A stretch of 63,040 nt of DNA, counting the filler, from Asterionella formosa (lineage: Eukaryota), in NCBI GenBank assembly GCA_002256025.1. It is 4 parts of 4 records of this genome, joined end to end, with 100 filler letters (N's around TTAATTAATTAA, not from the genome) between each part and the next. Parts side by side here need not be neighbours in the genome. Positions count along the whole stretch, not along the records: positions 31,584 to 47,265 come from NKIB01005323.1; positions 47,366 to 63,040 come from NKIB01005327.1; 2 more parts are not named here. One strand, 5' to 3'. The notes under the pieces were generated by a model, which saw only the letters and a list, made by a program, of their open reading frames with translations, did not search any database and was not told the DNA's origin. The translations under genes were made by a program, and so were the position numbers. How positions within the stretch are numbered: position 1 is the stretch's first letter; each line of letters begins with the position of its first letter. This document shows positions 45,361 through 58,122 of the stretch, one piece after another.

Positions 45361-47265
45361 AGGATTTGGATTCCAGGGCAATAGCATCGCAAAAGTTGTT
45401 GTACATAACTAGATATGGCTAAATAAATTGTTTCTCTACTACATTATCATGCTAATGGAAAATTACCCCAACATTAGCTATAGCCAACCGCACAATTTTG
45501 ATTTCCTCAAAAATGACATAAACTGATCACCATTCCTAGATGTTGCAGTTTGTGTGCATCAGACCTCATATATAAACTGGCTGGTTACCACCCACCAGTT
45601 TAAGTCATTATTACGAAAATTAGTAGTACATCTGGTCGATTGTTTTGACAACGTCTTCGTCACATACTAGGGGCAATAATTTTTTCTTAAGTAATTTCTT
45701 TTTAATATTTTATTAGTTTACATGCAAACCACCTTTATGCTTAAATTCACTTGCCTGATTGGCCATTTGGATGGGTGAGAAACACCAGCCAACACGTAAA
45801 TTTCATTGCTGTATCATCAGCATCAAGCAACAAAAACAAAAATGGTCACTGCATGTAATCCCAACATGCCTACCAGTACTCCATCCAATCTTCTGGTAGA
45901 GTTTTGATACTACAAAGCATCTGTTTCGAGGATAGAGCTTTGGTGGAGGCCTGCCATTAGTCAGAGAAGTAAAGATTGTGGAGGAGAAGGTAAGCCCATT
46001 GCGACTGGTGTCAGAGTTATCACAATCCCTGGCACCTTCATTGTTGATTGTCAACTGTCATTGTTGCTTGAATTTCCTCTAATGATATGCATGCCTTCTT
46101 TCATAAACCTCCTGAAGTAGACACAGTTTGCGATTTAGTGCAACATGAAGACATACAGAAGGCATGAAGAGGAAAATCTTGGCAATGGAGACTTGGGTGT
46201 ATCTTTGAACTATTATCATGTTTGGAGGCAGACTGGAGTGGTGATTTGGGATTGCTGTATAGGAAGAAGGAGGCTGTTAGGTGCAGCAGGTGGATACACT
46301 TGGAAGTAAATTTGCCTGCTGTCCCATGAGGTGTCCAGCCAGCCATATTCAACAATCTTCCAATTTCACCATTCATTGGGAGATGACAAACGATTCACTC
46401 TATAGGTTCATAGAAATTGAATTTACAACTTTAGACTTCTTCAAAGTTTTAAATCAATCAATGGATGTCGTGAAATGTTAAAATATTCGACTATAGAGAA
46501 AAGTGAAGAAACAAAAAAATATAAAATTCCCCAAATAACCATTGGTTTACATGAAATTCCCGTTGGCGACATAGCGGAACAAAATTTGCATCGTCAGTCA
46601 CGAGGACTGCTCCATGTGTTGCATATCACAGTGACATCATCAGTCGGAGTCTCAAATGAGATTCCAGTGTAAACACAGGTATGCCTATGTACGTACAAGA
46701 TACCACGTACAGTAGTGCATAGAAGAGGCACGACTACATAGAGCGCGCTGCCTGCCTATGACATCACCACACGAAAAGTGTGACAGCTTTTGTACTAAGG
46801 TACCTGGTGCTGGAATTCAGTAAAACATTCGGTACACTACCGGGTATGTTACCAGGTACCGGACCAACAAAATCCTAATCGGTCGTCGGCCGGACCTGAC
46901 TTGACACCATCTTGACACCAGCGTATTTTCAATAGTGAAGAGTGTCGTACGTACCTGCATCTTTGTTATGTACCGGTACTGTGCTTGACACCTCGACAAT
47001 TTATGGTGACATTGTGTACCCGGTATTTATATATCAATGTACATGTGGTCATAAAGGGTCTCCTAAATACAATCATACGTAAGAATAATCATCCAAGGGA
47101 GCTCTGGGTGTAAACTACTACCCGGTATGTACCTGTGTGCGTACCCCCGATGACGAAAAGGATGCCAAGATGATCGCCATATTAAAATTACACAATCGCG
47201 CACCTGCTTCTCAATTGTCACCTTCAATCGAATAAATACTGTAGGCGACAAAGTAGGTACCAGGT

Positions 47266-47365
47266 NNNNNNNNNNNNNNNNNNNNNNNNNNNNNNNNNNN
47301 NNNNNNNNNTTAATTAATTAANNNNNNNNNNNNNNNNNNNNNNNNNNNNNNNNNNNNNNNNNNNN
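47266..47365. other. Artificial contig-joining linker
   Basis: 44N + TTAATTAATTAA (47310-47321) + 44N. Confidence 0.97.
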
Positions 47366-47497
47366 TACTAGTGCCTACGAGGACAAAAAGAATTATAGCA
47401 CGTTACTTTGTCTATGACAAGAAAATTATTGGGTGTTTGGTTCCACCTCGAGAAAAATGTACAGGGGGGTCCAGCAACCATAGGGGGGGTCCAGGAC
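47366..47497 (-). repeat. Dispersed repeat (probable transposon end), homologous to 36742..36870
   Basis: Reverse complement aligns with 36742-36870; internal GGGGGTCCAG repeated twice. Confidence 0.75.
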
Positions 47498-47960
47498 AAT
47501 GAAGTATACGGTATATGTTGGCGGAAGGAGTGTGAGGAGGATAGCGGTAGAAATCTACGAGTCCCATGATGAACCATTACGACGGACGTACGGATGGACG
47601 GGACAAGAGCTTGCTCTTCATACATACCGGTTTGCACATCAGGACAGCCGGTAATCTACCGGCAAATTGGAATGTTTAGCGGTGCGAATACAGTACCGGT
47701 ACCGTAAATTCCGTGGTCCTGTCCCCCTTGAACATGTGGTGCTACTGGTACCTGGTACCAGTACGGTAGTATTATCGGTCGTATGATGTACCGTTCTTAC
47801 TGTAGTTAACAACTTACTGCGTGTTTCATGCTGGCTTTGTCTGTTGTTGTTCAACGATGATGACCATGACGAAGACGACGACGCCAGTGTTTCTTGCCTA
47901 CCGGTACTCGTCCCCACAAATAGTACTACCAGTAGTACATCACTTCCGCACCATCGCATC

Positions 47961-48696
47961 ATGCTTCACTCAGTACTACTAGTGGTACTGTTACTTCTAA
48001 CAGCACTCGTTCCTTACTCGCTATCCTTTGGTATTTCTCGTTTCATCGTGCGACCTTTATCGTATGATTGTTGCGCCGCAAGAAATGCTGTCGGTGGTTA
48101 CAAAATGTCAGAATGGGGTGATTTTTCCTCCATGGATGATGATGACGATGTCGATGCTGCTGCTGCTGCTTCTGTCATTAAGGAGTATGCCAAGGAAGAA
48201 GACACTCAAGAAAGAAAAGCTCAAGTGGGAGGTCTCCTGCAAGCTCCAACAGTTGAAAATGATGCTGACCCAATGTTTGTTCCCTTGGGTAAGTGCAACA
48301 ACGTGGGTCTCTATTTTATTGATATTCAAGTACTCAGAGGAGAACTGGATTCAATTTAAAATCAATCACTCACCTTCTACATTATCTTTAGGTTCTCAGT
48401 TAGAACTATCGGAAGAGAATGTCTTGGGTGTGTTGGCAGCATGTCGAGAAGAAATTGGTACCATGTTTGGTTACACTGCCGAAAATCGGGGAGTGGGGAT
48501 TACTGGAGGGGTTGATTTTGTTGAGTTTGATGGACCAACCATTGTTCTGAGGCTCAAGGGACGATTTTGGCATGAACGTACAACAGTATTGAATCGAGTG
48601 GCAGCCTATCTGGTGGGACGAATCCCTGAAGTTATTGATGTTACTGTAGAAGATGAATGGCAACTAACGCAAGAGGCCAATGATGCAGCGCTGTAA
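47961..48696 (+). CDS. NifU C-terminal (NFU)-like protein lacking CxxC, probably plastid-targeted; exons 47961-48288, 48392-48696
   Basis: Signal peptide ending SLS-FG; LSEENVLGVL...GGVDFVEFDGPTIVLRLKGRFWHERTTVL...IPEVIDV; GTAAGT...AG intron restores the frame. Confidence 0.8.
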
Positions 48697-48767
48697 TATA
48701 ATAAAAGCAAAACAAAAACATTGCCAATACTAGTGTTCCTCCATTACATACATGTACACTGCCATTC

Positions 48768-49222
48768 TTAATCACTTGCAGGTTGCCGATATTCCTTGGG
48801 TGCTTGGGTTTTGGACATGTCATTCGTTTCGGGCGTTCGGGCAGGAAGCCATCCATCCACTCCAACAAATGGTGGAAGGCCATTGTCCATACGAAGTTGA
48901 TTGCACTCATCTAGCAATCGTTGTTCCAATTTCACCCACTGATCTCCAATGAAGAATCCAGCAAAAAGGCACCCAACATGATTCCATGGCACTATTATTT
49001 TCATATAGGTATAGTTATATGATCGTACACAGTTGGGGGAATATTTTAGGAAGGAAGAGGTTACAGTATTAGTGTGAGAGATAACTTGAGGCATCGGACA
49101 GCGTGACAGACGAAGGGAAACTCACTTCGTGACAATGGGACTTTTCGAGTGAAATTTGCGGCCAAGCTTATTCCTATTCCGGACAAGCTTCCGACGACGG
49201 CAGCACCAAAATTAAACACCAT
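48768..49222 (-). CDS. NDUFC2: Complex I accessory subunit NDUFC2/B14.5b-like; exons 49222-49126, 48991-48768
   Basis: Spliced product MVFNFGAAVVGSLSGIGISLAANFTRKVPLSRMPWNHVGCLFAGFFIG... follows the plant/fungal B14.5b pattern G..G.G....N..RK.P..R.PW.H...G. Confidence 0.75.
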
Positions 49223-49746
49223 GATGGAAAAGAGATTAGAGGAGGATCAACAAGCGACGCAAGAGGGAAACGAACGAAGCTGCTTTAAGTGTTGCACGGA
49301 ATGTGTCGAGATTATGATATCATTCATTAGCGATTGCAACAGCACAAACAGGAGTGTCGCTTGACCTTCACAGGTAGCCATCATACAGGAGTTTTCCTGC
49401 GCGCAGCATCACCAAGGAGCGAAAAGCAACAACCACCGGCACATGCGTGGTAATCGACTAAGTCGACCGCTGGCTGAGGAAACCATGGATGCATTTGAAC
49501 TGAATTTTGCGCGGTTTGCTTTTTCCTTTTGGTCGTTGCACCTCATCTGAAATGAACCACTCTCTGCCTGTTGGCTACTGTATATAATTTGAGACAGTAG
49601 CTGTTAACAAACCTACCGGTATACTATAATATCATCTGGTTTATTCACATTATGCCTTTGTTTGTTTGACATTGTAAACCTATCTATCGTATGAGACCCT
49701 CAATTATTAATTAGCTTTCAGAAGCGATCCATTCCAAACCAACATC

Positions 49747-52700
49747 ATGCCAACTCTTGTTACCGTGTTTGACGAATCTCAAGAAACGACGCTTGGTTCT
49801 GAAAATAACAGGAACAATGGATTATTATCATCGACATTGTCATGGAAGGAGACCTCCTACAAGAGAAACATGACTACCAGTAACAACAAAAGCAGTAGTA
49901 GTACAACGTACAGTAACACTGACGACTCGTTCTGGCAAGCCGCTCAAGCAATGATACTAAAAAACAAACAGATGGAATCGCAACAAGGCCCGGAACAACC
50001 GAGTGATCAAACGGAACGGATACATAACTTGTCGACTGCTGTATACAACAAGGCGACAACCAAAACTAAGCAGCTCCCGTGTGCCGATATTATACGAGGG
50101 AGTACTAGTGATGAAAGATTAGAAGGCGATGGACGGTCCTATTTCAGGGAGATTCCGGCCAATGTAGTCATGAAGAGTAGTGCTTCCATCAACATCCAGC
50201 CTCGGAAAGCGATTGGAACCGAAAAAGTACAAAGAGTCGTCCGCCGCGGTAAACAATACTCTGCGCTATCATCTCTGGATGGATACAGAAGTCATGCAGA
50301 TGTCAACACCACAAGAACGATTACTGCTAACAAAATCACGAATACTGAAGCTGAAGAATCGTTTTTGCATGCCGCTAGAACTATGATTCAAAAGAGTAAA
50401 CCCTTGAAATCGCAACAAAGTCAACCACGAGACGTCGAGAAATACCATCAGGTTGTCGACAACGCCCAACAGCATGCAGACGGCCGAACGTCGTATTGTT
50501 CGCTAGCAAATGAGGCAAGATCTCAAGTCGGACATTTCATCAATTCTGGAGCACAGGATGAAACCATGCTTGAACCAATATATCCGACCACTTATGATAG
50601 TGATGGGATAACGACCAATGAGACATGCGAGATTTCTTCAAAGTTCCACCCAGAAGGACTACGCATTGCTAGCGCAAAACATCCAAGACTACAACCATCA
50701 CTTGACAACAATACATTGGAAACACGAGAGTTTCAGCTGAAATTGCGAGAGAAGGGGCAGCTTTTCCAAGAAAAGTACGCCATCATTGTTTTTGATGCCA
50801 TTAGAACCTTCGAGGAGAATCATCCGGAAGGCTTGAAAGCCTTCAACTCCATGTCGCACAAGCAAAAATTGGAGGAGCTGCGAAGAGTCAATGCGCTCCT
50901 TGCCGGCCTTGCAGCCATCTCCCAGACCGACTCCAACTTTGAAGATGAAAAGCTAACCAATGAAACCACGATGCCAGATACATCTTTGGCATTGCTTTCA
51001 CCAGATGAGACCAAAAAAACGAGTAAGTCACAATTAAGAGATGACATACTTACCAGACTTTAGGGAAGCGACAATTAGTCCCATTGGACCTACTAGTTAA
51101 CACGCGTCACGTCTCCTAGCAGGCAACGCAAGCCATACCTCCACTGGGTTTGCATTTCACGATGATTACGTATCCATGTCGTCGCCTGTCGAAATAGTTA
51201 GAGGTTCGACAAGGGAAGAGTCATACTCACCACGAACCTACCATTCGCCTGACAGTCATTCTGCCCGCACAAATCATACAAAGCGGCTTGCCACCACCAG
51301 TGGGAAACGAGGAATGGACGTCTCTCGTCTCCGAATTGAAGATAGCTCTGATAACTATTCTATGGATAATACGCCTGAAACCTTGGACGAAACTTCGTCT
51401 CAATCGCAATTGGACTGTGATCACCTTCCATCACCAAATAATTGTCTTCTTTTTAGCGACTCACAGTCTCCGATTGAGTGCCATTCGACAATGCCGAGCC
51501 CCGATTTCAATATAGAAGACTCCAAGTCAAGCTCAGGAGTTGAACGAGGATTTGATTGCCATGATACAGCGGAAACTATTGATGTCACCATGATTCATGG
51601 GCAGAAACAGCGTATCAAGTGGAAGGAAGGTGGAATCCACGAGGTTCCTGCCAGAACTATTCTTAAGGATGGTGCTTCCTTGCAATTCAATTCTATGCAA
51701 ATGACTGGAAATAAGAACGTTCAATCTGATGCGCCGTGTGAAGACATATTCAATCCGCTTTCATTTCCAGAACCATTGAATTGCTTTGAAAGAAAAATCC
51801 AAGTCAACCTCGAAGAAATGAGTAATTCTTACAAAATCAATAGCAATGAAGCTGACGATTCATTCTTGCAAGCTGCTCAAACTATGGTACAAAAAAGCAA
51901 ATTTGTAGCGACACAACTACCTAGACTACGAGACTTTGAACTCAGCCTGTCAAGTGGGTACAATGCAACAAAAACACCAAGCATAGAAATCAATGAGTTT
52001 TTTGACGTCAATGAAGGATACAGGGGAGAAACGAGACCGAACAACCTGTCAGCATCGATGCGTGACCATCGTGTACCAAGTGATCCAAGTTCCGAATTCG
52101 AAAATATCATCAATGACGGAGAAAATGACAAACTTATGATTCAACAGAAATATTACCCAGTGGCTGTTGGCCCTACCGATGAAACACACAAAATTTTGTC
52201 CAAGCGCCATCCAGAAGTACCAGCGGTTGCCCCTGCAGATCATACAAGTTTCAAACCGGATGAAAAAGGAGTTACGACTGAATCCATCGTGTTTCAGAAA
52301 AATTCACGATCGGAGGAACAATTGTTTAAAGAAAAGTATGCTCTGTTCGTTTTTCATGCGATCAGTACCTTTGAGAAAAAATTTCCAGAGGGATTACATG
52401 CCTTTAACTCGAAGTCACATCAACGAAAACTAGCCGACCTTGCAAGAGTAAATGCGCTCCTCGTGGGGCGCCCATTCAGTTCCGAGAACATTGAAGTAAC
52501 TCCTCGTTCTAACCCGAGTTCAAAAATGGCTGAAGGTGACTGCGCGTTGCACCATGATGCACCAGACGACAAGCTAAAAGAATTTCATCATAAAGACGGC
52601 GGAGGCTCCGTTACGAGGAATGAAACCTACAAAATCGGAGGGTCGACTGAAGATACATCTTTGGCCTTACTTTCGCCCGCTGAGGGAAGAGAAAATAGAA

Positions 52701-55700
52701 AGGCAATAGCAGGAGATGACATACCTGGGAGATTTCAGGATCGTGAAAATACATCACATGTATCTACCAAGAAACACGCGTTACGTCTCTCACCAGGGAC
52801 CCCAAGTCATAACTCCACTGGGTTTGCATTTTATGATGATGACGCATCGACAACTTCGCCTGTGGAAATAGTTAGAGGTTCGACAAGGGAGCAGTCATAC
52901 TCGCCGCGAACCTATCACTCACCTGATAGTAATTCAGCCCGCACAAATCATACAAAGCGACTTGCCACCACCAGTGGGAAACGAGGACTGGATATATCTC
53001 GTCTCCGAATTGAAGATAGCTCTGATAACTGTTCTATGGCTAGTGCGACTCGACCCTTGGGCGAAACTTTGTCTCCATCGCAATTGGACTGTGATCACCT
53101 TCCATCACCAAATAATTGTCTTCTTTTTAGCGACTCACAGTCTCCGATTGAGTGCCATTCGACAATGCCGAGCCCCGATTTCAATGTGAAAGACTCCAAG
53201 TCAAGCTTAGGAATCGAACGACGATTTGATCGCCATGATACAGCGGAAACTATTGATGTCACCATGATTCATGAAATGATTCATGAACAGAAACGGCAAA
53301 GCAAGTTGAAGGAAAATCTAATGTCTTATTCCGTGGCGATTCCTGCAAGTGATATTTTCAATGGAAATACTTCCTTGCACTCGCAGCCGATGAATACGAC
53401 TGGATCCAAAGTCAACAAACAAGTTTCGCCGTATGGGAAACTATACTCACCGCTTTCATTCCCAGAGCCTTTGGATTGTTTCCAAGGTGATACGGCGACC
53501 TGCACCACACGATTGATTGATGCTAACAAAGGTGCTAACAGTGTACCTGACGACTCATTCTTGCAAGCCGCTCAAACTATGGTACAAAAAAGCAAACTTT
53601 TGGAGACACAACTACCTCCACTACGAGACTTTGAAGAAGTCAATGAGAATATGACAAGGATCAAAACACCGTGTACTGCGTGTAAAACTGCAAATACAAA
53701 TAATTCCGAACTGCATCAAATTGTCACCGTTGCTGAAGGGCGTGTCGACGGTGAACGTTCGATTGATATCAAAACAATTTTGGATCGTAACTGTGTCCCA
53801 ATTTATGCCGGCTCTGAAGTAGGAAATGTCATCAATGAAACATTATTGGAAGGACTAAAATATCCTCCCTCTGGTATAAGCCTAGCCGATGAAATTGACG
53901 AAATAATAACAAAGTTTTATCCAGAACGACCTACAATTGCAACCACAAATGATGCAAGTCCCCATCCCTTTGAAGCACAAGATATGGTCAACGAGATTGT
54001 TTGTAAATCGGAGGATTTGAGAAAAGTAACCATGAGCGTCAAGGGCGTGGTTTCTGTTTCCCTGAGCAATAAAGTCACCCAACAACTCAAACAACATTCA
54101 AAATCTTTTGGTGACCGGACTTTGCTTCACAACCCACAGGCAATTGGATATTTCACAATCGAAGGGTCGACTCAAGATAGGTCGTTGGCATTGCTGTCAT
54201 CTCCGGAGAAATCAGAAAGGAGAGAGTCACCAAGGTTTCAAGATAGTGAAAATACATCACTTGGATCTTCTAGGAAACACGCGTTTCGTCTCTCACCAGA
54301 CACTACAAGTCATAAGCCCAATGGGTTACCATTTTACGATGACGACGTATCGTCGCCTGTCGAAATCGTTCGAGGCTCTGCAAGAGAAGATTCATATTCG
54401 CCGCGAGCCGACCATTCGCCTGATATCATCGCTGTCCACCGAAGTCATACGAAGCGCCTTGCCACTACCAGCGCGAAACGAGGAATGGATCAAGCTCAAC
54501 TCCAAGCGGACGATAGCTTGGACAACAGTTCTATGGCTAGTGAGCCTCGACCATTGGAAGAAATTTCGGCTCCATCACCATTGGACTGTTCTCATCCATC
54601 ACCCAACAATTGTCCTCTTTTTAGCAGCTCACAGTCCCCGATTCTTCACCAGGCAAATATGCAAAGCCCGCATTTCAACCAAGAAAACACAGGGCCTTGC
54701 TTGGAGAGCGGCTGTGGTGCGGACCTAAATGATACAGTAGAAACCATTGATGTCACAACGATTCATGAGCGGCAACGGCGTGTCAAGTCCAAGGAAAATG
54801 GAATGTCCTATTTGCAAGAGATTCCAGCCAACATCGTCCTCAAAGACGGTGCTTCCTTTCACTATCAGCCTCTGAACGTAACTCGACCCGAGAAGAACCG
54901 ACGATTTTCACAGCGTGGGAAACAACGCTCTCTGCACTCATTCCCAGATCCTCTCGCTGATTGTCCAGGACGTCTTGGGCAAAAGATTAACGCTGTTTTT
55001 GATGAGTTGGTGGAACGGAACGAAAGGGTGATCATTTTCTCGATGACGACTGATCAGATTTGCAGAATGACTGTGAAGCTTCTCCTAGATCAAGGGGAAA
55101 GAAATTTACACTCCATTCCGGATTCAGAGGTGATGAATGGAGGAACGTTGGTTGTTGCTCGCTCAAAAGCATGTTTGGAACAGTGGGAAAGGGTTTTGAG
55201 AGTTGGAACGTTCCACTCTGTCTTGAATCATACAACAATGCCTCTGTCAGAACGCAACCGAGCTGCTACGAAGAAATTCACCGAATATGACGTGGTGCTT
55301 ACTACATTTGATGGGATAATATCTAAAGATACAACAGTAACTTTGAACAGTGAAGGTCATGTCGTTCCCGGGAAAATTGGATTTCAAGGTGGATGGTACG
55401 CTGCAGCACGTGCTGACAACAGTGAAGCCGGTGAAGCGCAATATCAAAATACGTATCTCAGTCTTCTTCATCTAATCCAGTGGAGACGAATCATTTTCGT
55501 GGATTCATTGGGAAGGAAGTGCTATCTCGCGAAAGGGGGAACGCTTCGAGGAAAAGCGGCTATAGCCTTGAATGGCACGAGTCGATTTATTTTCTTTGAG
55601 ACTACCGGAACACAGAGTAGTCCAATCGCTGCCCTTCGTAAAAGCGATCGCGCGGCAGTTCGTTCTGTTTCGGCTGTGTTGCATTTACCTCTGGGCAATA

Positions 55701-55768
55701 CAGAACAGTGCGTGATTGACGATTGCTGCATCGATTTGAATGCGGTCGTCTTGGGTGATACAGGTTGA
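49747..55768 (+). CDS. ~1974-aa internally repeated disordered protein with C-terminal degenerate SNF2 (RAD5/16-like) lobe; exons 49747-51022, 51120-55768
   Basis: ORFs 49747..51063 and 51176..55768 join in frame via a GTAAGT(51023)...TAG(51119) intron; three SPVEIVRGS repeat units; GGTLVVA...QWE...YDVVLTTFD...LHLIQWRRII. Confidence 0.75.
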
Positions 55769-56501
55769 AACTGCAGCTAGAGTAATTTGTTTATTTGTCA
55801 ATTCATGAACACATCATGATTGTAACATCCGATACCTAAAGTTAGTATACCCTGCACGGTGCTGTGTACGCGCATTTTTTCAAGGTCCGATGCTTATCGT
55901 ATGATTACGGTATCTGACGTGTTTATTTAGATGCAAGAATAAGTTGCAACATCAAAAGAACACTTATTACATAAATACATACTGTGCATATACAAGTATG
56001 ATTGTGAAGTTCTATGTATGCATCAGGAAAAGCTATTTATAGACATGTGATGAATATTTATAGTTGTGCACTGTGCAATGCTGTACCCTGGTACCAGCAA
56101 GTTGCGTTAATATTGCTGAAACTAAAGATTTAGCTATCTTTATCCAAGATTAAAATATTAGTTTAAGCAAAATGACCGCAATATTGGAGGTACAATTTTG
56201 CAAGCTGCGTCCAATCGCTCAACTATTACCGGTAAATTATAAAGAAGGGACGAGCGAAAGCGGACGAATCAAAATCAGTCGTACAAAACGTGATGATCAA
56301 TTCGCTATGAAAACTATGATGTCGCAGCTACAAGCTGGGGTATAGCTGATGATGAATTTTGCCGGTACGTAAAAGTAAATGCGCCATTCAACCCCAGGAG
56401 CGAAGTTAAATGTGATAAAACGACAAGCAACATTTACAACATTCCCCAGGAGACGAATACTATTAGCGCCGCCCAATTCATACTAACAAGAGAGAAAGAT
56501 A

Positions 56502-57905
56502 ATGGTGAACTTGGTCCAACCATCACAGCAGCATCCGCCGGACATTGCGCTGCTTCATCGCGTTCTTTTGACGGCCCCAAGTGAGTTTGACACCCTCACT
56601 GTGACAGGTTTTCCTCGTGAGAGTACCCTTTCCTTTTCTGATTTTGTCGACCAGCTGGACCACAAAACAGCCCTCGAGTGGATTATAAAACGAGCCTTTC
56701 GCGACTCTGTCGTGGGTCAACTAGCTGCCGTCAAGTCCTTGCTGTTGGACCTGCACGAACACATTCGACAACTGATACCCAATCGTCCGGATCTGCATCC
56801 TCTCCTATCGGACCAAGACGTACAGCAAGTAACACAGGAGGAGGAGGACAAGACCGACAGCCGTCTTCCGTCCTTGGTGCAAAAGGCAGCCATGGCTCTG
56901 CAACAACTGGAATCGCCGGATCGAGCCGCAAGCACCATGAGCTGGATTCAGCAACAAGCGGACACTCGGAGTCACAATATTACCACCATCATGTTGCATA
57001 CTACCAACTCCCTCCTGTATCTACTATACAAGACGGAAATATGCAAGCAAGACGGCGCAAATTTCTATCTTCAGCATGTTCATGCCAAACAATACACTGT
57101 CGAAATGGAGCAGCACTGGTATGCGATGCAAAAGTTGGACTTGCAGTTGACGAAACGCTGGATTCAATCCATACCGCCTCCACAGGTCGATGAAACGCCG
57201 ATCCATTGGTTCAAGATGGCATTTATTGATACCATTTTGTTTCGTTCTCAAGAAGACTCATTTTTAGAACTTCCAGAAATATGGAGATTGGATATCACCA
57301 ATATTGATTTTATGCGAGAAACGACGAAAGAAAACACGGCACTATATGCCTTGGAGCTCTTGTGTCGTCAAATGGCTGGTGTCATTAATGTGGAGGAGGA
57401 AGACGATGACCCCTACAGTGACATATCACGGCGTCGTTATGATTTGAATTTGACCTTGAGTCGTCGCTTTTCTGGCAACACAGAGGATTGGGAGCAATGC
57501 GTCAGTGACGCCGTGGTGAATGCCACAGAAGCCATGATGAAACCAACCAAAAAATCATTGTCTCCCAAAGATGTAGAATCATTGAATCAACGTACCAAAC
57601 AAATTTTGTTGGGACAAGATCCAACCATGCCAGTCGTGGACAAACGAATGAAAAATTTCTTTCGTAAAATGGTCATCCAACCCACTGAATTGGACATCAA
57701 TGGACCTAACACTTCTCGCCGAGAATCCTTAAAACGAGCCATGGCCGTTGCCAAACAAACAGGTCATACAGTTGGATTGAGATATGTAACGTACGAATTG
57801 GCCTCGGCGGCGGAGTTGGCAAATCGGATGACAGCCCTAGGTTGGAGCGTTCACCATGCATTCTTACAGAAACAACTACAAGAACTACAACGACCAGCAC
57901 CCTGA
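56502..57905 (+). CDS. T-complex protein 11 (Tcp11/SOK1) family protein
   Basis: IIKRAFRD...LLDLHEHIRQLIPNR...LESPDR...ANFYL...TKRWI...LPEIWRLD pattern typical of Tcp11. Confidence 0.7.
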   Translation: MVNLVQPSQQHPPDIALLHRVLLTAPSEFDTLTVTGFPRESTLSFSDFVDQLDHKTALEWIIKRAFRDSVVGQLAAVKSLLLDLHEHIRQLIPNRPDLHPLLSDQDVQQVTQEEEDKTDSRLPSLVQKAAMALQQLESPDRAASTMSWIQQQADTRSHNITTIMLHTTNSLLYLLYKTEICKQDGANFYLQHVHAKQYTVEMEQHWYAMQKLDLQLTKRWIQSIPPPQVDETPIHWFKMAFIDTILFRSQEDSFLELPEIWRLDITNIDFMRETTKENTALYALELLCRQMAGVINVEEEDDDPYSDISRRRYDLNLTLSRRFSGNTEDWEQCVSDAVVNATEAMMKPTKKSLSPKDVESLNQRTKQILLGQDPTMPVVDKRMKNFFRKMVIQPTELDINGPNTSRRESLKRAMAVAKQTGHTVGLRYVTYELASAAELANRMTALGWSVHHAFLQKQLQELQRPAP

Positions 57906-58122
57906 TTATATTGAAATGCAATTATGTTTCTGTGCCATTCATCTTCCATGTGGCGGTTCCTAGCCATCTGCTTTGTATATCATTGTGTTTGGGTTTGTAT
58001 GTTTTGAACCCAACAAGGTTCAAAAATACCAGTAGTCATGAAATCATCTAAATTTTTTAAATAAATCTCATTACGTTTGTCTACACATTAACGACTCTCA
58101 TCTTTTCTCCACTCTTCTACTA

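Noticed and set aside
45803..46376. Possible decayed coding fragment
   Set aside because: Short ORFs with no recognisable motif.
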